From Octopus bimaculoides (lineage: Eukaryota), in the NCBI RefSeq assembly GCF_001194135.2, contig NC_068981.1:94359343-94423342 (forward strand): DNA of 64,000 bases. The letters are read 5' to 3'. Of the stretch, positions 1 to 13,459 are shown piece by piece. The position numbers were made by a program, and so were the translations under genes. Each line of letters begins with the position of its first letter. The stretch's first letter is position 1. The notes under the pieces were generated by a model. The model worked only from the letters and a program-made list of their open reading frames with translations. It did no database searches and was not told the DNA's origin.

Positions 1-240
1 GAGAGGAGACAGGATTAGCTGGTGCGACCACGTGAGCGTGTATTATATGTGGGAGAATATACAAAAAATAACAACAGACGAGGACAGGTGGTGTAAATAA
101 CAAAAGTATATATTAGTATGACGCTCGGGAATACGGAAAGTCTTTGACGTTTCGAGCTACGCTCTTCAACAGAAAGAATACGGAGACAAGGAGAAAAACA
201 CGGAGAAAAAAAATTGAATAGTGTTCAGTCAACGGTCAAT
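1..240 (-). mobile_element. Penelope-like element terminal repeat fragment with a hammerhead-like motif
   Basis: Minus strand CTGTTGAAGAGCGTAGCTCGAAACGTC at 146-172 matches the CTGAnGA-stem-GAAAC motif of Penelope terminal repeats. Confidence 0.5.
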
Positions 241-280
241 CATAATATATATATATATATATATATGAAACAGATGTTAA

Positions 281-341
<61 letters not shown>

Positions 342-404
342 CGATGACAGCAATGATATACTACCTCAGAAACAAAGATACCATAAATTTTGAAATATAC
401 TAAC

Positions 405-535
405 CTGAAAAGTTTTTGTTTTGATAGTTAAAGATCTCCAAAGTCACTTCTATCATAAGAATGTATGTTCTAATATTCTTTGAAATTGGTGAATCTGATG
501 GCATTGATGTAATTTGATGACAGATATGGGAAATA
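405..535 (-). CDS. Module 11 exon E2 (gene continues left of the window)
   Basis: gcttttctag|T...G|gttagt, 131 nt; [43 protein letters not shown]. Confidence 0.75.
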
Positions 536-3138
536 CTAGAAAAGCAAAACAACAAATTTGAACACATATGAATACTTGATATTGATACATCTCAGTTTTT
601 TCTTTTTTAAATTTAAACTTTAACATACTCTGCATACTCTGAGTGATATCAATCTTAACTTGGCTGCAATTTTATTACTGTTATTAAACCTTTAGCATTT
701 AAACTGGCCATATCCAGCCAAAATATTCTACTTGTTTTCTGTTAAAATCAGCCAGATCCAGCCTATCACACCTAACCTACGATGGCATTCTAAAAACTAA
801 ACAAATACACCTTCAATGTCTCAAAACTATAAAATTAATTCAAAACAACATGAATCAACACAATTACATTTGACAAAGAAATCTGAATGCTAAAGGAAGA
901 TGGCTGAATCAGAGAATACAGGACAAAATGCTTTGTAGAATTACATTGTTTTGTATTCAAAATAAAGTATTGGTAAAGTACTGATGTTGATGTAATTGAT
1001 TATACCCCTTCCATCAAACTCTGTTTTTACTGTGCTGTCAAGAAACAAAGAAACTTAAAACTGATGAGATGCAACTAACAAATGTTAATATCAAAATATG
1101 GCACCAGTGAATTCAAAAACTCCAGAAACTTCACAAACTTCACAATGAAAACTCTGAGTAACACATATATATGTGTGTGTGGGTGCCTTTGTGTTTGTCC
1201 TGAACCACTGCTTGAAAACCAGTGTTGGCTTGTTTACACTGCCATAACTTAGAAGTAGGGTAAAAAGGGACCAATAGAATAAGTACTATGCTTAAAAAAA
1301 ACTTGGCTGATTTTTCAACTAAACCCTTCAAGGTGGTACCCCAGTATGGCTACAGTCTAATGACTGGACCAAGAAAAAGATTAAAGATTATACCATTAAG
1401 TTTTTATCTGATGCATTACTTACTGGGTTTCATTGAGAATTGAACTCATAGCATCCCTCTTATTCAAGTTCCTCACAACATCCTGCATATAACCAATCTC
1501 TGGCTGGAATTGGAACTCATGTGGTATTTTAAACAACGTAGCAAACTGAAAGAAAAAAATGAAAAAATCACATCAATGTAGACAAACAATATTATCATTT
1601 TTAAGTATTATATAAAGGGATGCTGAAAAATTCCTGGATTAAGGGTATTTTCAATGGCCTGGCTGGAGGCCCAACATTCTGAGTTATTTCAAGGGGTTTA
1701 GAAAAACTGAAGGACTGCTGCAACAAGTGTGCACATCTGGGAGAGGAATATGTTGAATAAAATCATAATTAACTGATCCTCCTATATTTTCTTTTACTCA
1801 AAGCCAACAACTTTTCTGCACCCCTCATATACAACAACAACAACAACAACAACAACAATAACAACAACAATAATAATTATAATTGATGAAGAAAATGCAA
1901 GATAGATTTGGCACTAGTCTTTATTCAGTACGATGATTGTTTTGACTCATCCTGCAACTGTCCATTATGGGTAGGATTTTGTGCATCTAATTGTGTTGCA
2001 TCAATCTGTGCTGTTTGTATCTCATCAGGTACATGCATAAAAAAGGAGATGTCCTGCTAGATATACTGAGATGTCCTAGGCATGTTGTCTGTACCTGCTG
2101 TATCAACTAATACAGCAGAATTCCTGAAGTAGACCCCAACCATGGATAACAGATAGCCCAAATTGTGAATATGCTTTATTCAACACACTAATTGACATAT
2201 ACCCATTAGTCCCAAACAATTACATACACACACACACACACACACATATATATACATATACATATATACATATATATATNNNNNNNNNNNNNNNNNNNNN
2301 NNNNNNNNNNNNNNNNNNNNNNNNNNNNNNNNNNNNNNNNNNNNNNNNNNNNNNNNNNNNNNNNNNNNNNNNNNNNNNNNNNNNNNNNNNNNNNNNNNNN
2401 NNNNNNNNNNNNNNNNNNNNNNNNNNNNNNNNNNNNNNNNNNNNNNNNNNNNNNNNNNNNNNNNNNNNNNNNNNNNNNNNNNNNNNNNNNNNNNNNNNNN
2501 NNNNNNNNNNNNNNNNNNNNNNNNNNNNNNNNNNNNNNNNNNNNNNNNNNNNNNNNNNNNNNNNNNNNNNNNNNNNNNNNNNNNNNNNNNNNNNNNNNNN
2601 NNNNNNNNNNNNNNNNNNNNNNNNNNNNNNNNNNNNNNNNNNNNNNNNNNNNNNNNNNNNNNNNNNNNNNNNNNNNNNNNNNNNNNNNNNNNNNNNNNNN
2701 NNNNNNNNNNNNNNNNNNNNNNNNNNNNNNNNNNNNNNNNNNNNNNNNNNNNNNNNNNNNNNNNNNNNNNNNNNNNNNNNNNNNNNNNNNNNNNNNNNNN
2801 NNNNNNNNNNNNNNNNNNNNNNNNNNNNNNNNCAACATACTACTGGATGTGTACCTAATTATTTATAACCAAGTGCTTACTATTGCATGGCAATATCACA
2901 ACTGGGTATTAGGTATGGGTGGGGGTAAATTAGAAATTTACCCAGGATTTATAAGGCAAATAAGAAAATGGAGAGGATATATAATCAACAAACATCAGCC
3001 AATAAACATCCAATTATATCTATTTATTAAATGATCAGAAACATGTGTGAGTGATACAAATTAACGAATGAAATAAGTCAATAACTGCATAAACAAATAT
3101 ATATACATATACATACTTACACACACACACATGCACGT

Positions 3139-3183
<45 letters not shown>

Positions 3184-3786
3184 CACATATATATATAAAA
3201 ACAAATGATTGTAGAATTAGCAATAAATGTGTATTTAGTAATAATTGCAATAGAAAAGAAATAGTTTACCTATGTGTAGTAAGTACTCAATTGAGTAATA
3301 AGGTATATGTGGGGGCCACCCAGAACCATATGAAACATAGGCTAAATTACCATATGTATACCTTCAGAAACAGGAATAGGGGGAACTCAACGGGATTAAG
3401 TAACTATATATGAGACCTCAAGGATAAGGGTATTAGCTATGACCTACACTGGAAAATCCTAGCCTCAGCACCTGCATATAATGTTAAGAATAAGAAATGC
3501 ATGTTATGTGTAAGTGAAATTTTCTTCATGCTTAAGGCTAACTCTCTTAAAGAGAGAAATGTTTCTACCTTCATAAGACGAAACACACTTACTCTAAATA
3601 CCATTAATATCATTAATATTAACTATTACTAGTGCTAGTACCCCTCTCAATAACAATAATAATATTTTTCCTAATATAAACACTAAATATTGATTACTAT
3701 CTTTTCCTAATGTTATTCATTACGTTAGTTATTCTCCTAATATTTGTGCTTAACAGCACTCTGTGTGTATATATGTATATGTATGC

Positions 3787-3845
<59 letters not shown>

Positions 3846-5005
3846 TTTGTACATATGGATATGTGTGTGTGTGTGTGTGTATATGTATGTGTGTGTGTTT
3901 TTGTATAAATACGGATGCTACTTTCTGTTTAAAATTCAAACCAGGTAATCCAGATTAGCATGAGGAAATGAAACAATCACTGCATCTACATATCCAATCA
4001 TTTTGTAAAGGGTGGTCTAAAAGTTATGCTACCATTTCATATATATGTACTGGTAAGCTCTTCAGCTTACCAGTTCCAGTCAAACCGTCTCACCCATGTC
4101 AGCATGGAAAGCAGATATTAAATGATGAAGATGATGATGACAATGTATATATTGGTTTCAAATTTTGGCACAAAGCTAGTAAAATTTTAGGGGAGGGGCT
4201 AAGTCAATTACATTGACCCCAGTGTTCAACTGCTACTTATTTTATCTACCCCTGAAAGGATGAAAGGCAAAGTTGACCTCAATGGAATTTGAACTCAGAA
4301 TGTAAAGACATGAAATGCTGCTACACATTTTGCCTGGTATGCTAATGATTCTGCCAGTTGACTGTCTTTATATATGTATATATTAAAAGATAGGTAGTGT
4401 GACTTTTGAGTGACTCTATGCTATACATTGGCAAGCTATTATGGCCAGACAACAATGCTTTAACTCAAATATAGAACTATAGAAACAGCTTTAAAACTAA
4501 CTTGTTTAAATAGTCCAGCAACAACTGAATCCATGTCGAAGTATCCAGTCTGGAGAAAGCTTTTCAAAATCAACTGAGTGGAGGATGACTGCACCAGAAA
4601 TTGGTTTAAAGTTACTTTCCACATGTCTACAAAATAGAAAAAAAAGTAAGAATTAGTTTACATATTTTTATACATACATATTCATTTGTGAGAGTACAGG
4701 TCACCAGGACAATTGGTTACTGAGCAACTAGTATGTTATCGATCATGTGTATCCTGTCAGCAACATAGCATTGTGGCTATAATCAAACCAATGTTCAACA
4801 GTTATGTGCAAGTGTGGCTGTGTGGTATGAAGCTTGCTTCCCAACCACATAGTTTGGGGTTCAATCTCACAACATGACACCTTGGGCAGGTGTCTTCTAC
4901 TATAGCCTTGAGCTGATCAAAGCCTTGTTAGTGGATTTGGTAGACAAAAACTGAAAGAAGCTTGTCATATATTCATATATATGTATGTATGTTTGTATGT
5001 ATGTA

Positions 5006-5044
<39 letters not shown>

Positions 5045-7941
5045 ACACTCCGTCAGTTACAACGACAAGGGTTCCAGTTGATCCAATCAATGGAACAGCC
5101 TGCTCATGAAATTAATGTATGAGTGGCTGACCACTCCACAGACATGTGTACCCTTAACATAGTTCTTGGGGAGGTTCAGTGTGGCACAAAATGTGACAAG
5201 GCTGACCCTTTGAAATACAGGTACAACAGAAACAGGAAGAAAGAGTGAGAGAAAGTTTTGGTGAAAGAGTACAGCAGGGTTCGCCACCCCCACTGCTAGA
5301 TTCCCATGGAGATTTAGGTGTTTTAGCTCAATAAACACTCACAACACCCAGTCTGGGAACTGAACCACGATCCTATGACCGCAAGTCCGCTGCCCTAACC
5401 ACCAGGCCATCGTCACCTTCACTGTTATTGCTACTAGAACATTAATAACTTGTATAAAATGAACTTCTACATAGAACCTTCCAATATATACAGAAATGAC
5501 ACGCACACACTCAACAAAACTTCCTTTCTAAAAAACACTTCCAGCTTTCTAGATACGGCTAATAGAGCTGATGCCACAAACAACGTATGAGGCGGAATGT
5601 TTGCTTATAAAAACTTGTATATGCACACATGAGAGTAAGGGGACATNNNNNNNNNNNNNNNNNNNNNNNNNNNNNNNNNNNNNNNNNNNNNNNNNNNNNN
5701 NNNNNNNNNNNNNNNNNNNNNNNNNNNNNNNNNNNNNNNNNNNNNNNNNNNNNNNNNNNNNNNNNNNNNNNNNNNNNNNNNNNNNNNNNNNNNNNNNNNN
5801 NNNNNNNNNNNNNNNNNNNNNNNNNNNNNNNNNNNNNNNNNNNNNNNNNNNNNNNNNNNNNNNNNNNNNNNNNNNNNNNNNNNNNNNNNNNNNNNNNNNN
5901 NNNNNNNNNNNNNNNNNNNNNNNNNNNNNNNNNNNNNNNNNNNNNNNNNNNNNNNNNNNNNNNNNNNNNNNNNNNNNNNNNNNNNNNNNNNNNNNNNNNN
6001 NNNNNNNNNNNNNNNNNNNNNNNNNNNNNNNNNNNNNNNNNNNNNNNNNNNNNNNNNNNNNNNNNNNNNNNNNNNNNNNNNNNNNNNNNNNNNNNNNNNN
6101 NNNNNNNNNNNNNNNNNNNNNNNNNNNNNNNNNNNNNNNNNNNNNNNNNNNNNNNNNNNNNNNNNNNNNNNNNNNNNNNNNNNNNNNNNNNNNNNNNNNN
6201 NNNNNNNNNNNNNNNNNNNNNNNNNNNNNNNNNNNNNNNNNNNNNNNNNNNNNNNNNNNNNNNNNNNNNNNNNNNNNNNNNNNNNNNNNNNNNNNNNNNN
6301 NNNNNNNTTCTTTTTCTTTTCTTCCTTTCTTTTGTCACTTTTGCTATGAATTAAATTAATGAATTCAACGGGATACACCGTCTGCAAGTAGTTGGGTTCA
6401 GCATATTATCCTCCATTTTCTAATTGTTACACAAATTTTGGGTAAAACCTCCACTTTTACCCGCTCCCATTGATTGCGCCTAGTATAGCACTAGTGTAGC
6501 AATAATTGGGTACCCTCCCAGCAGTATACTGGATAGATACTATCCCTTAGTGGGTTGTACCCCCAACCCCTAACTCTCTCACGTTATATATATATATATA
6601 TATGTATAAATATGAATATGTCTTTGTGTCTGTGACTGTCCCTCCCACCACTGTTTGACAACTAGTACTGGTGTGTTTATGTCCCTGTGATTTAGAGATT
6701 CAGCAAAAGAGACCAATAGAATAACTACCAGGCTTTTAAAAAATGAGTACTGGGGCCAACACATTTTACTAAAACATTTTCAAGGCAGTGCCAAAGCATA
6801 GCGACAGTCTAATGACTGAAACAAGTTAAAGATAAAAGATTGAGTTAAGTCCACAAATCTTTGTGTAGGTACTGCATGCTTGTATAATTCACTACTAGAA
6901 GCAATATTTGCATAATGAAACTAACAAAGAAATTGTTGATTTGCATTTGTGAGTTAAATTCTTCAAGCAAGAAAATGTAGCTCATTGGACTGTGGATATT
7001 ATCTTTAACCCATAAACTGCGATAGGCCACCTCAGTGGCCAACACGACAGTGCGACAGGCCACCTCAGTGGCCAATGCGACAGTGTGACAGGCCACGTGC
7101 ATGGCCACGGAAGTAGGGCATGATCTGACCTAATTTTGATGATGTATAATGTATGCACATGATACCCTTTCCCCCCAGAAACAGTGTAGCCAATCACAGA
7201 AGGTGTTAAGAAACACTGAGTATTTTTTTGCAAGTGATAAATCGATGTCGATCTTTACCCAAAATAGGCTCAGCAGTTCGTGTTACATACAGCAAAATCT
7301 CAGCAGTTTATGCGTTAAGAAGGTTTATTATTGCAAACACCTGCTTGAGAGAAAGCCATAACAAATCAGAGAAAGATATCAGAAAACAAATTTACCTGTT
7401 GTGTTTAATGCAGCAATATCAATTTTATCTGTTGTGATTGGTAGGATATCTGAGAACATCTTCATAAGCATGTAACCAAAACTGTTTAACGAAAATACAT
7501 ATATGTTAATATATAGTTATTATTCAATCAGCTTTAAATGAATAAAGATATTACAATGCATTTAAAATAGATGTTCTTTATCAGCATTTTGTCTGTAAAT
7601 TATGAGTTTGTAAATCAATGATCCTCTAAACATAGTATTTGAGTAAATACATTTACATACATTTATTAAACACACATACACACACAGACAGACATATATG
7701 CACATACATGTACACACATATAGGGGAAGGGATATAAGTGTAATGTCTGTATGTGTATGTGCACGTGTGAGAGAGAAATGAGGAGACTGAGAGAGAGTGG
7801 GAGACTAAGAGAGAGAGAGCAAAAAGAGAATGACATTAAAAAATACGATATAGACAAGAGTGAGAGAGGAAAAGTTAAAAGCAAGGAGAAAGACTAGCTG
7901 GAATAGAAATGGTAAACTAAGGAAAAAAAAGAAAGAGAAAA

Positions 7942-8020
<79 letters not shown>

Positions 8021-11000
8021 GAGCGAGCACGTTGCAAAGAAATGAGATAGAAGAAAAGGGATACAGATGTAAGATGTTTAAAAAACATTATATCATGGTG
8101 AAATAAAATTAGTTTTCTGATTGAATTGTGTAGTTGAAATCTTCAATAATAAGCAATGTATGAAAACAACATTTTGATAGAATATATGTTAAAATTGGAA
8201 TTTTTTAAAGAATTTTTTAGACAGTGTAGACTTTAATAATTACTTTCTTTTAGTAAAAGTTACTTATAAGTAACTAATAAGCATCTTTTGATATTATAGT
8301 ATAGGTATATGCTGGAAAGCCATGTTTGCTACTAGTGCTGTTACACTAAAACTACTTGAAAATCTCAGATGATCATGAACAACAGGAAGAACAAAGTATG
8401 ATAAAAACCATGTTTGAACCTTATGAAATTCCTTGAACAGAACAAAGATGCCAGGACAGCTGCTGTATATAGACCTGTTTTATCAATGTCAATATATAAA
8501 TAAAGATGCAAAATTGGTGATGATAATGATGATGAAAAGGAGGAAAATATACCTATTATTGCTGACTATATAACTGTTCATTATTTCAGGGACAGATATG
8601 TTAGATCGCAAACCTAACAAGTTTGGAATTATATCTTGCAAATTTTTTACTTGATTTAAAATAATTTTCCTCATAAAATCTTCACCACTTTGGTTATTGA
8701 AGAAGCTATTGATCTGTAAGGCAAAATGAGAACAAAATTATAAACCAATATCAAACAGTTTTTATTCTATTTCTATAAAGAAATCATTAGAACACTAAGA
8801 TAATTTTGGTACACATTAAAAATAGAAAGAATGATGAATGAAAATCAGATGAATCAGAAGCTTTATGAAAAGATATACTGAATTAAATAAATTGTCTGGG
8901 AAATTTTACCTTTTTTTCCAAATATTGAGAGTCATACAATTTGACAAGGGCAGAGTAAAAGTCAAAATTGCTGCAAAATGTGGAATTGATAATACTCAGT
9001 ATTTCACTTGGTATGTTATTATATTTTGATGCTTCTTTGGTTAAAAACTTGTTAAATGTTCCATTGTAACAATGTTCCTGAAGTTTTGAGTCCATCATGA
9101 GAATCTTTGACAGCTAAAAGATACACAAGGAAAGTATATAGTAATGTTGGAATGAATAAATAACTTTAGATAAATATTTTGATTTGAGTAAATTAATTCT
9201 TGCTGTGAGAAAATTTTGTTGTGTCTAGGACATTACGCCAATATTTGAGAAAATTGTTTTACATCCATTTTTCCATTGTTGGAGCAAATGTTTTTATAGC
9301 TGTTTGTCTTTCCCATCACTAACCACTCGGCTATAATATCAGTGAAACTGAAACAAGGTAAGTAGTGTGCTTTGACCAGAGGTACAATACAACAGTTGAA
9401 GACTTATGGTCAGTAGTCTGTTGCTAATATTTGATTTAAGTTAAATATCAACCACATCAACATTACCATTGAGAAAACATGCAAATATTACAAGTACAAC
9501 CCACTTCCTTTCACTAGGTAATTAAAAAAGTTCCAAGTGATTGTCATGAAAATATTATAACCTAGTAGCTGATAGATAAATGGGCCATATTACATTGCCA
9601 ACATTATACTGCATTCTAAATCCTTAATTCTTCATAGATAATTACAAGAAAATTTAAATATGCTCTAAGAGCTGTATAATTCAGTGTTTTAACCCCAGAG
9701 GTAATGCATAAATGATTTCATTAGTTTCTAGCTATTGGTTCAAATTCTTCTATAATCCTTCTTGAAGAAGATAGTAAGCACCTATTCTATCATATTTCCT
9801 TTTTTCTAGCTAAGATGGCTAATGGAGTATTCAAATAGAAAAAAAAGAAGAAGCAATGATCTGATCTTACTGTATTAGGAAAATGATAATAATTTATAAC
9901 CAAAGAATGTTTAGTAATTTACAGTTATCAAAGATTATATTTCCCTAAAGATCATTTTTTGTTGATACCTAATGATAATAATATTTTTAATTCAGGTGAA
10001 GACCAAAGAATTACGCAAAATACTGATTTAAATTTTTGGCACAATGCCAGCAATTTCGGGGGATGGGGTAAGTTGATTACATTGACCCCAGTGCTCAACT
10101 AGTACTTATTTTACTGAGCCCGAAAGGATGAAAGGCAAAGTCAACTTAGACAGAATTTGAATTCAGAACATAAAAACAGGTGAAATGCTGATGAGCATTT
10201 TGCCTAACATGCTACCAATTTTGTCAGCTTGCCACCCTGGAATAACTCAAAATATCAGCAATACCATGCATGATGAAGAATTACATAATATGTTCGTAGG
10301 TCTGATGTTTTGTCTGTTAAAACACATTAACCACCTCACAACCACCAGAGGTACATTTTTCATAATTTGAGAAAATATTTTATTTTGTATCGTTGATATG
10401 GGTTCAAGGATATTTAAATAACTTGGGTATTAAATATTAAAGTTTGATTATGAAATGTAAAAATGCAAAAACAAAAAAAAAAATTACATTTCCTTGTAAT
10501 TAACTCTTTAGCATTTAAATTGGCAACATCCAGCCAAAAATTTCTATTTGTTTTATATTCAAACTGGCCAAATCCAGTCCCTCTCATCTATCCTATAATG
10601 TCATACCCAAAGTAAACAGTCACATTATTGGGGTTTCAAAGTTGCAGGATAATGCATGATTAATTCAAAACAAAGCACTAAATTTGACAGAGTAACCTGA
10701 ATGCTAAAGGTTAAACAGTATACAAGTGTGATTTTGGTAGAAGACTAAAGTTTTTAATTGTGAATTCCTTTTGTATTAAATATCTAGCATTAGTATTCAG
10801 AAGACAGTATGTTCTTTAAAATACATTAACTAAACTCCACAAATTAATAACTGTGATTTAACTGTGAATATGACTAGACTAATCAACTTGATGCTAACTA
10901 TATTGTATTGAGTTAAAATCTAGAAACATTTACTGTCTGTTAAGTAGCCTCTAATTATGACTATATGAAAATTATTCATTTTTGTAAAATAACATGGCTT

Positions 11001-13404
11001 AAATTATTCATGAAAAAGATGAAGAAATACTCACTACATCTGTATTATTTAATAATAATGCCACTGTTGTATCACTGATGTTATATGCTTTAGACAAAAG
11101 CATTGTGAAGTTTCTCATGTCTGTGTATTGAAATTGGTCTGTAAAAAAACAAAAAGGAAAAAAAAAATTATGATGTTAGTAAGGTTATGCTTATGAAGCT
11201 AGAAAACTGACCAAATGTTGAAACTATGTATCAAAAACATACATACATACATGCATACATGCATACATGCATACATGCATACATGCATACATACATACAG
11301 GGTGTTTGAATTAAATTGATGATTATTTTGTCACCTTTATCTCCAGGAGCAGCTTGATATATTGGTGAACAGTCAACAGCATTGGAAAGCATAATGATTA
11401 AAGTTGTAGTTAAGAAAAAGTTAGCCAACATGGAGGGCTGGAAATCATCTGAATATTGGAATAATATATCATAATGATTTTACCAGGGGATCAAAACGCT
11501 AATATCATGAATGTTGCTCATTGCTCTGTGAACACTGTAAAAGCTGTAAGATGGGACACGGACATCAGGAAAACCAAGTTCCCCTAAACAGTGATGGTCT
11601 TTGGGTATGTCTCCAGTAAGGGTGATGGCATGCACCCCACCCACATCTTTGAACAGGGCTGCTGGAAACTATAGTTAAACCCAGACTGGAGAAGATTGCA
11701 GCAGGAAGGTCATATGTGTAGCAGCAAGATTCGACTCCTCGCCATACCTCCAGAAAGAGTCAGAAGTGGTTGTTGTAGAATTTTTGCAACTTCTCCAGAC
11801 CTAATTTCTGGCCTCCTACTTCTCTTGAATTAGTAATCCTATGCATTACTATGTGTGGGCATGGTTGACAAAGACACCAACTGCTTTCCTACAACACCAA
11901 ACCCAAACTAGTGGCTAAGATCAAGGAGAAATTTGACGATCTTCCCAGGAACACAGTGAGGAATGCATGTGCCAGGTTCTAGAGCCTTCTTGAGGCTGTA
12001 GTGGAGGCTGAGGGTGGCTACTTTGAACTAACTGTTATCTCGTAGCCATAACAGATATTTTTTTGATTTTCTAAAAATACTTCTATTTTTGGGCAGGATA
12101 TTGTGTTTTTCTTTTTCCTTTTATGCAAACTGTCAAATTCAGCCCAAACACTCTCTATACACACAAAACACATACATACATACATACTTGAGTAATAGTT
12201 GATCTTATGTAAAAGTTGACCCCCTAATTTTGGCCAAAAAATTGGGAATTTTCCATAGACCCCATATAAAAGTCGACCCTAGTATTTCATGAACAGCAGG
12301 ACAACATTTTTGGGTCAAGGTACCGTATTATCCTGTACATAGAAATAACACTGTTACAAAATTGTGTGGCTACCTTTCCATAGCTTGTCCTATAGGTAGA
12401 ATACTTGGTGCTTATAATGGAATGCTTGGTGCTTATAGTAAAACACCATTTAATAGCAAGCACTACACATCTGTTGATGGATACTACATCATCATTACTA
12501 AAATGTATGCACAAGATATGCTGCAAGCCTGCATACATCTTCAAGCACAATCAACATATGCATCATACACTTGTTTAGATGGTGAGAAACATGTTTCACA
12601 GACAGCACTATTGGTGAGCACTGGCAAATGCCACTGTCTGGATTTATACAGTAGCATGACTTTGGTAATCCTAAAAACATTCAATTAATTGCTAGATCAG
12701 CGGTTCCCATGTAGCCTTTATATTTTCCTCATCTCCAAATACAATAAACACATGCGTCATATGTTCGTCTGCTTACATGGTGAGAAACATGTTTCACAGA
12801 CAGCACTCTCAGCAAACAACAGCAAAAATCACTGCATGAATTTGTATGGAGGCATAACTTCAGTAAGCCTAAAAACATTTAGTTAATTGCTAGATCAGTG
12901 GTTCCCAAACTTTTTTTTACTGCGGAATCCTTCAACATTATTTTTAAAAATGTGGAACCCCTGATGACTTTCAGGAAACCCTGGAGTTTTGCAGAACACA
13001 CTTTGGGAATCCTTGATCCAGATTATGGACATTTACTGGAAACTGCACACGAGAGTTATTTGGCCTTGTTTATGGGTTTTGTTATTTACCAGGACGTGTG
13101 TTTTGAATCAAAGAATTGGTAATATTACTGTAATTCAGTATGTCTTTGTTTTTATTCACTTAGAGATCAGTTAGGCTTCTGCTGCTGATATGGTACTTTG
13201 GATTCTAGCTTGAATTTCAGCCCCTCAAAAGTAGTATCCATGTAATAGTTGACCCCATAAATTTGACCATAAAAAATGGTCTAAAAAAGTCGACATTTAC
13301 ACACGTATAAACGGTGTATATATATATATATATATCTTCATATCTATGATTCTAGATCTCTCTCTCTTTTTCCCGCTTTCTCTTTATACATACATACATA
13401 CATG

Positions 13405-13459
<55 letters not shown>

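Noticed and set aside
6350-6385. VYPVEFIN resembling the Helitron YPVEFLN motif
   Set aside because: Short match with no other helicase motifs nearby.
11231-11431. Signal-peptide-like [18 protein letters not shown]...
   Set aside because: It lies inside the left end of a mariner element, and its phases do not fit the exon chain.
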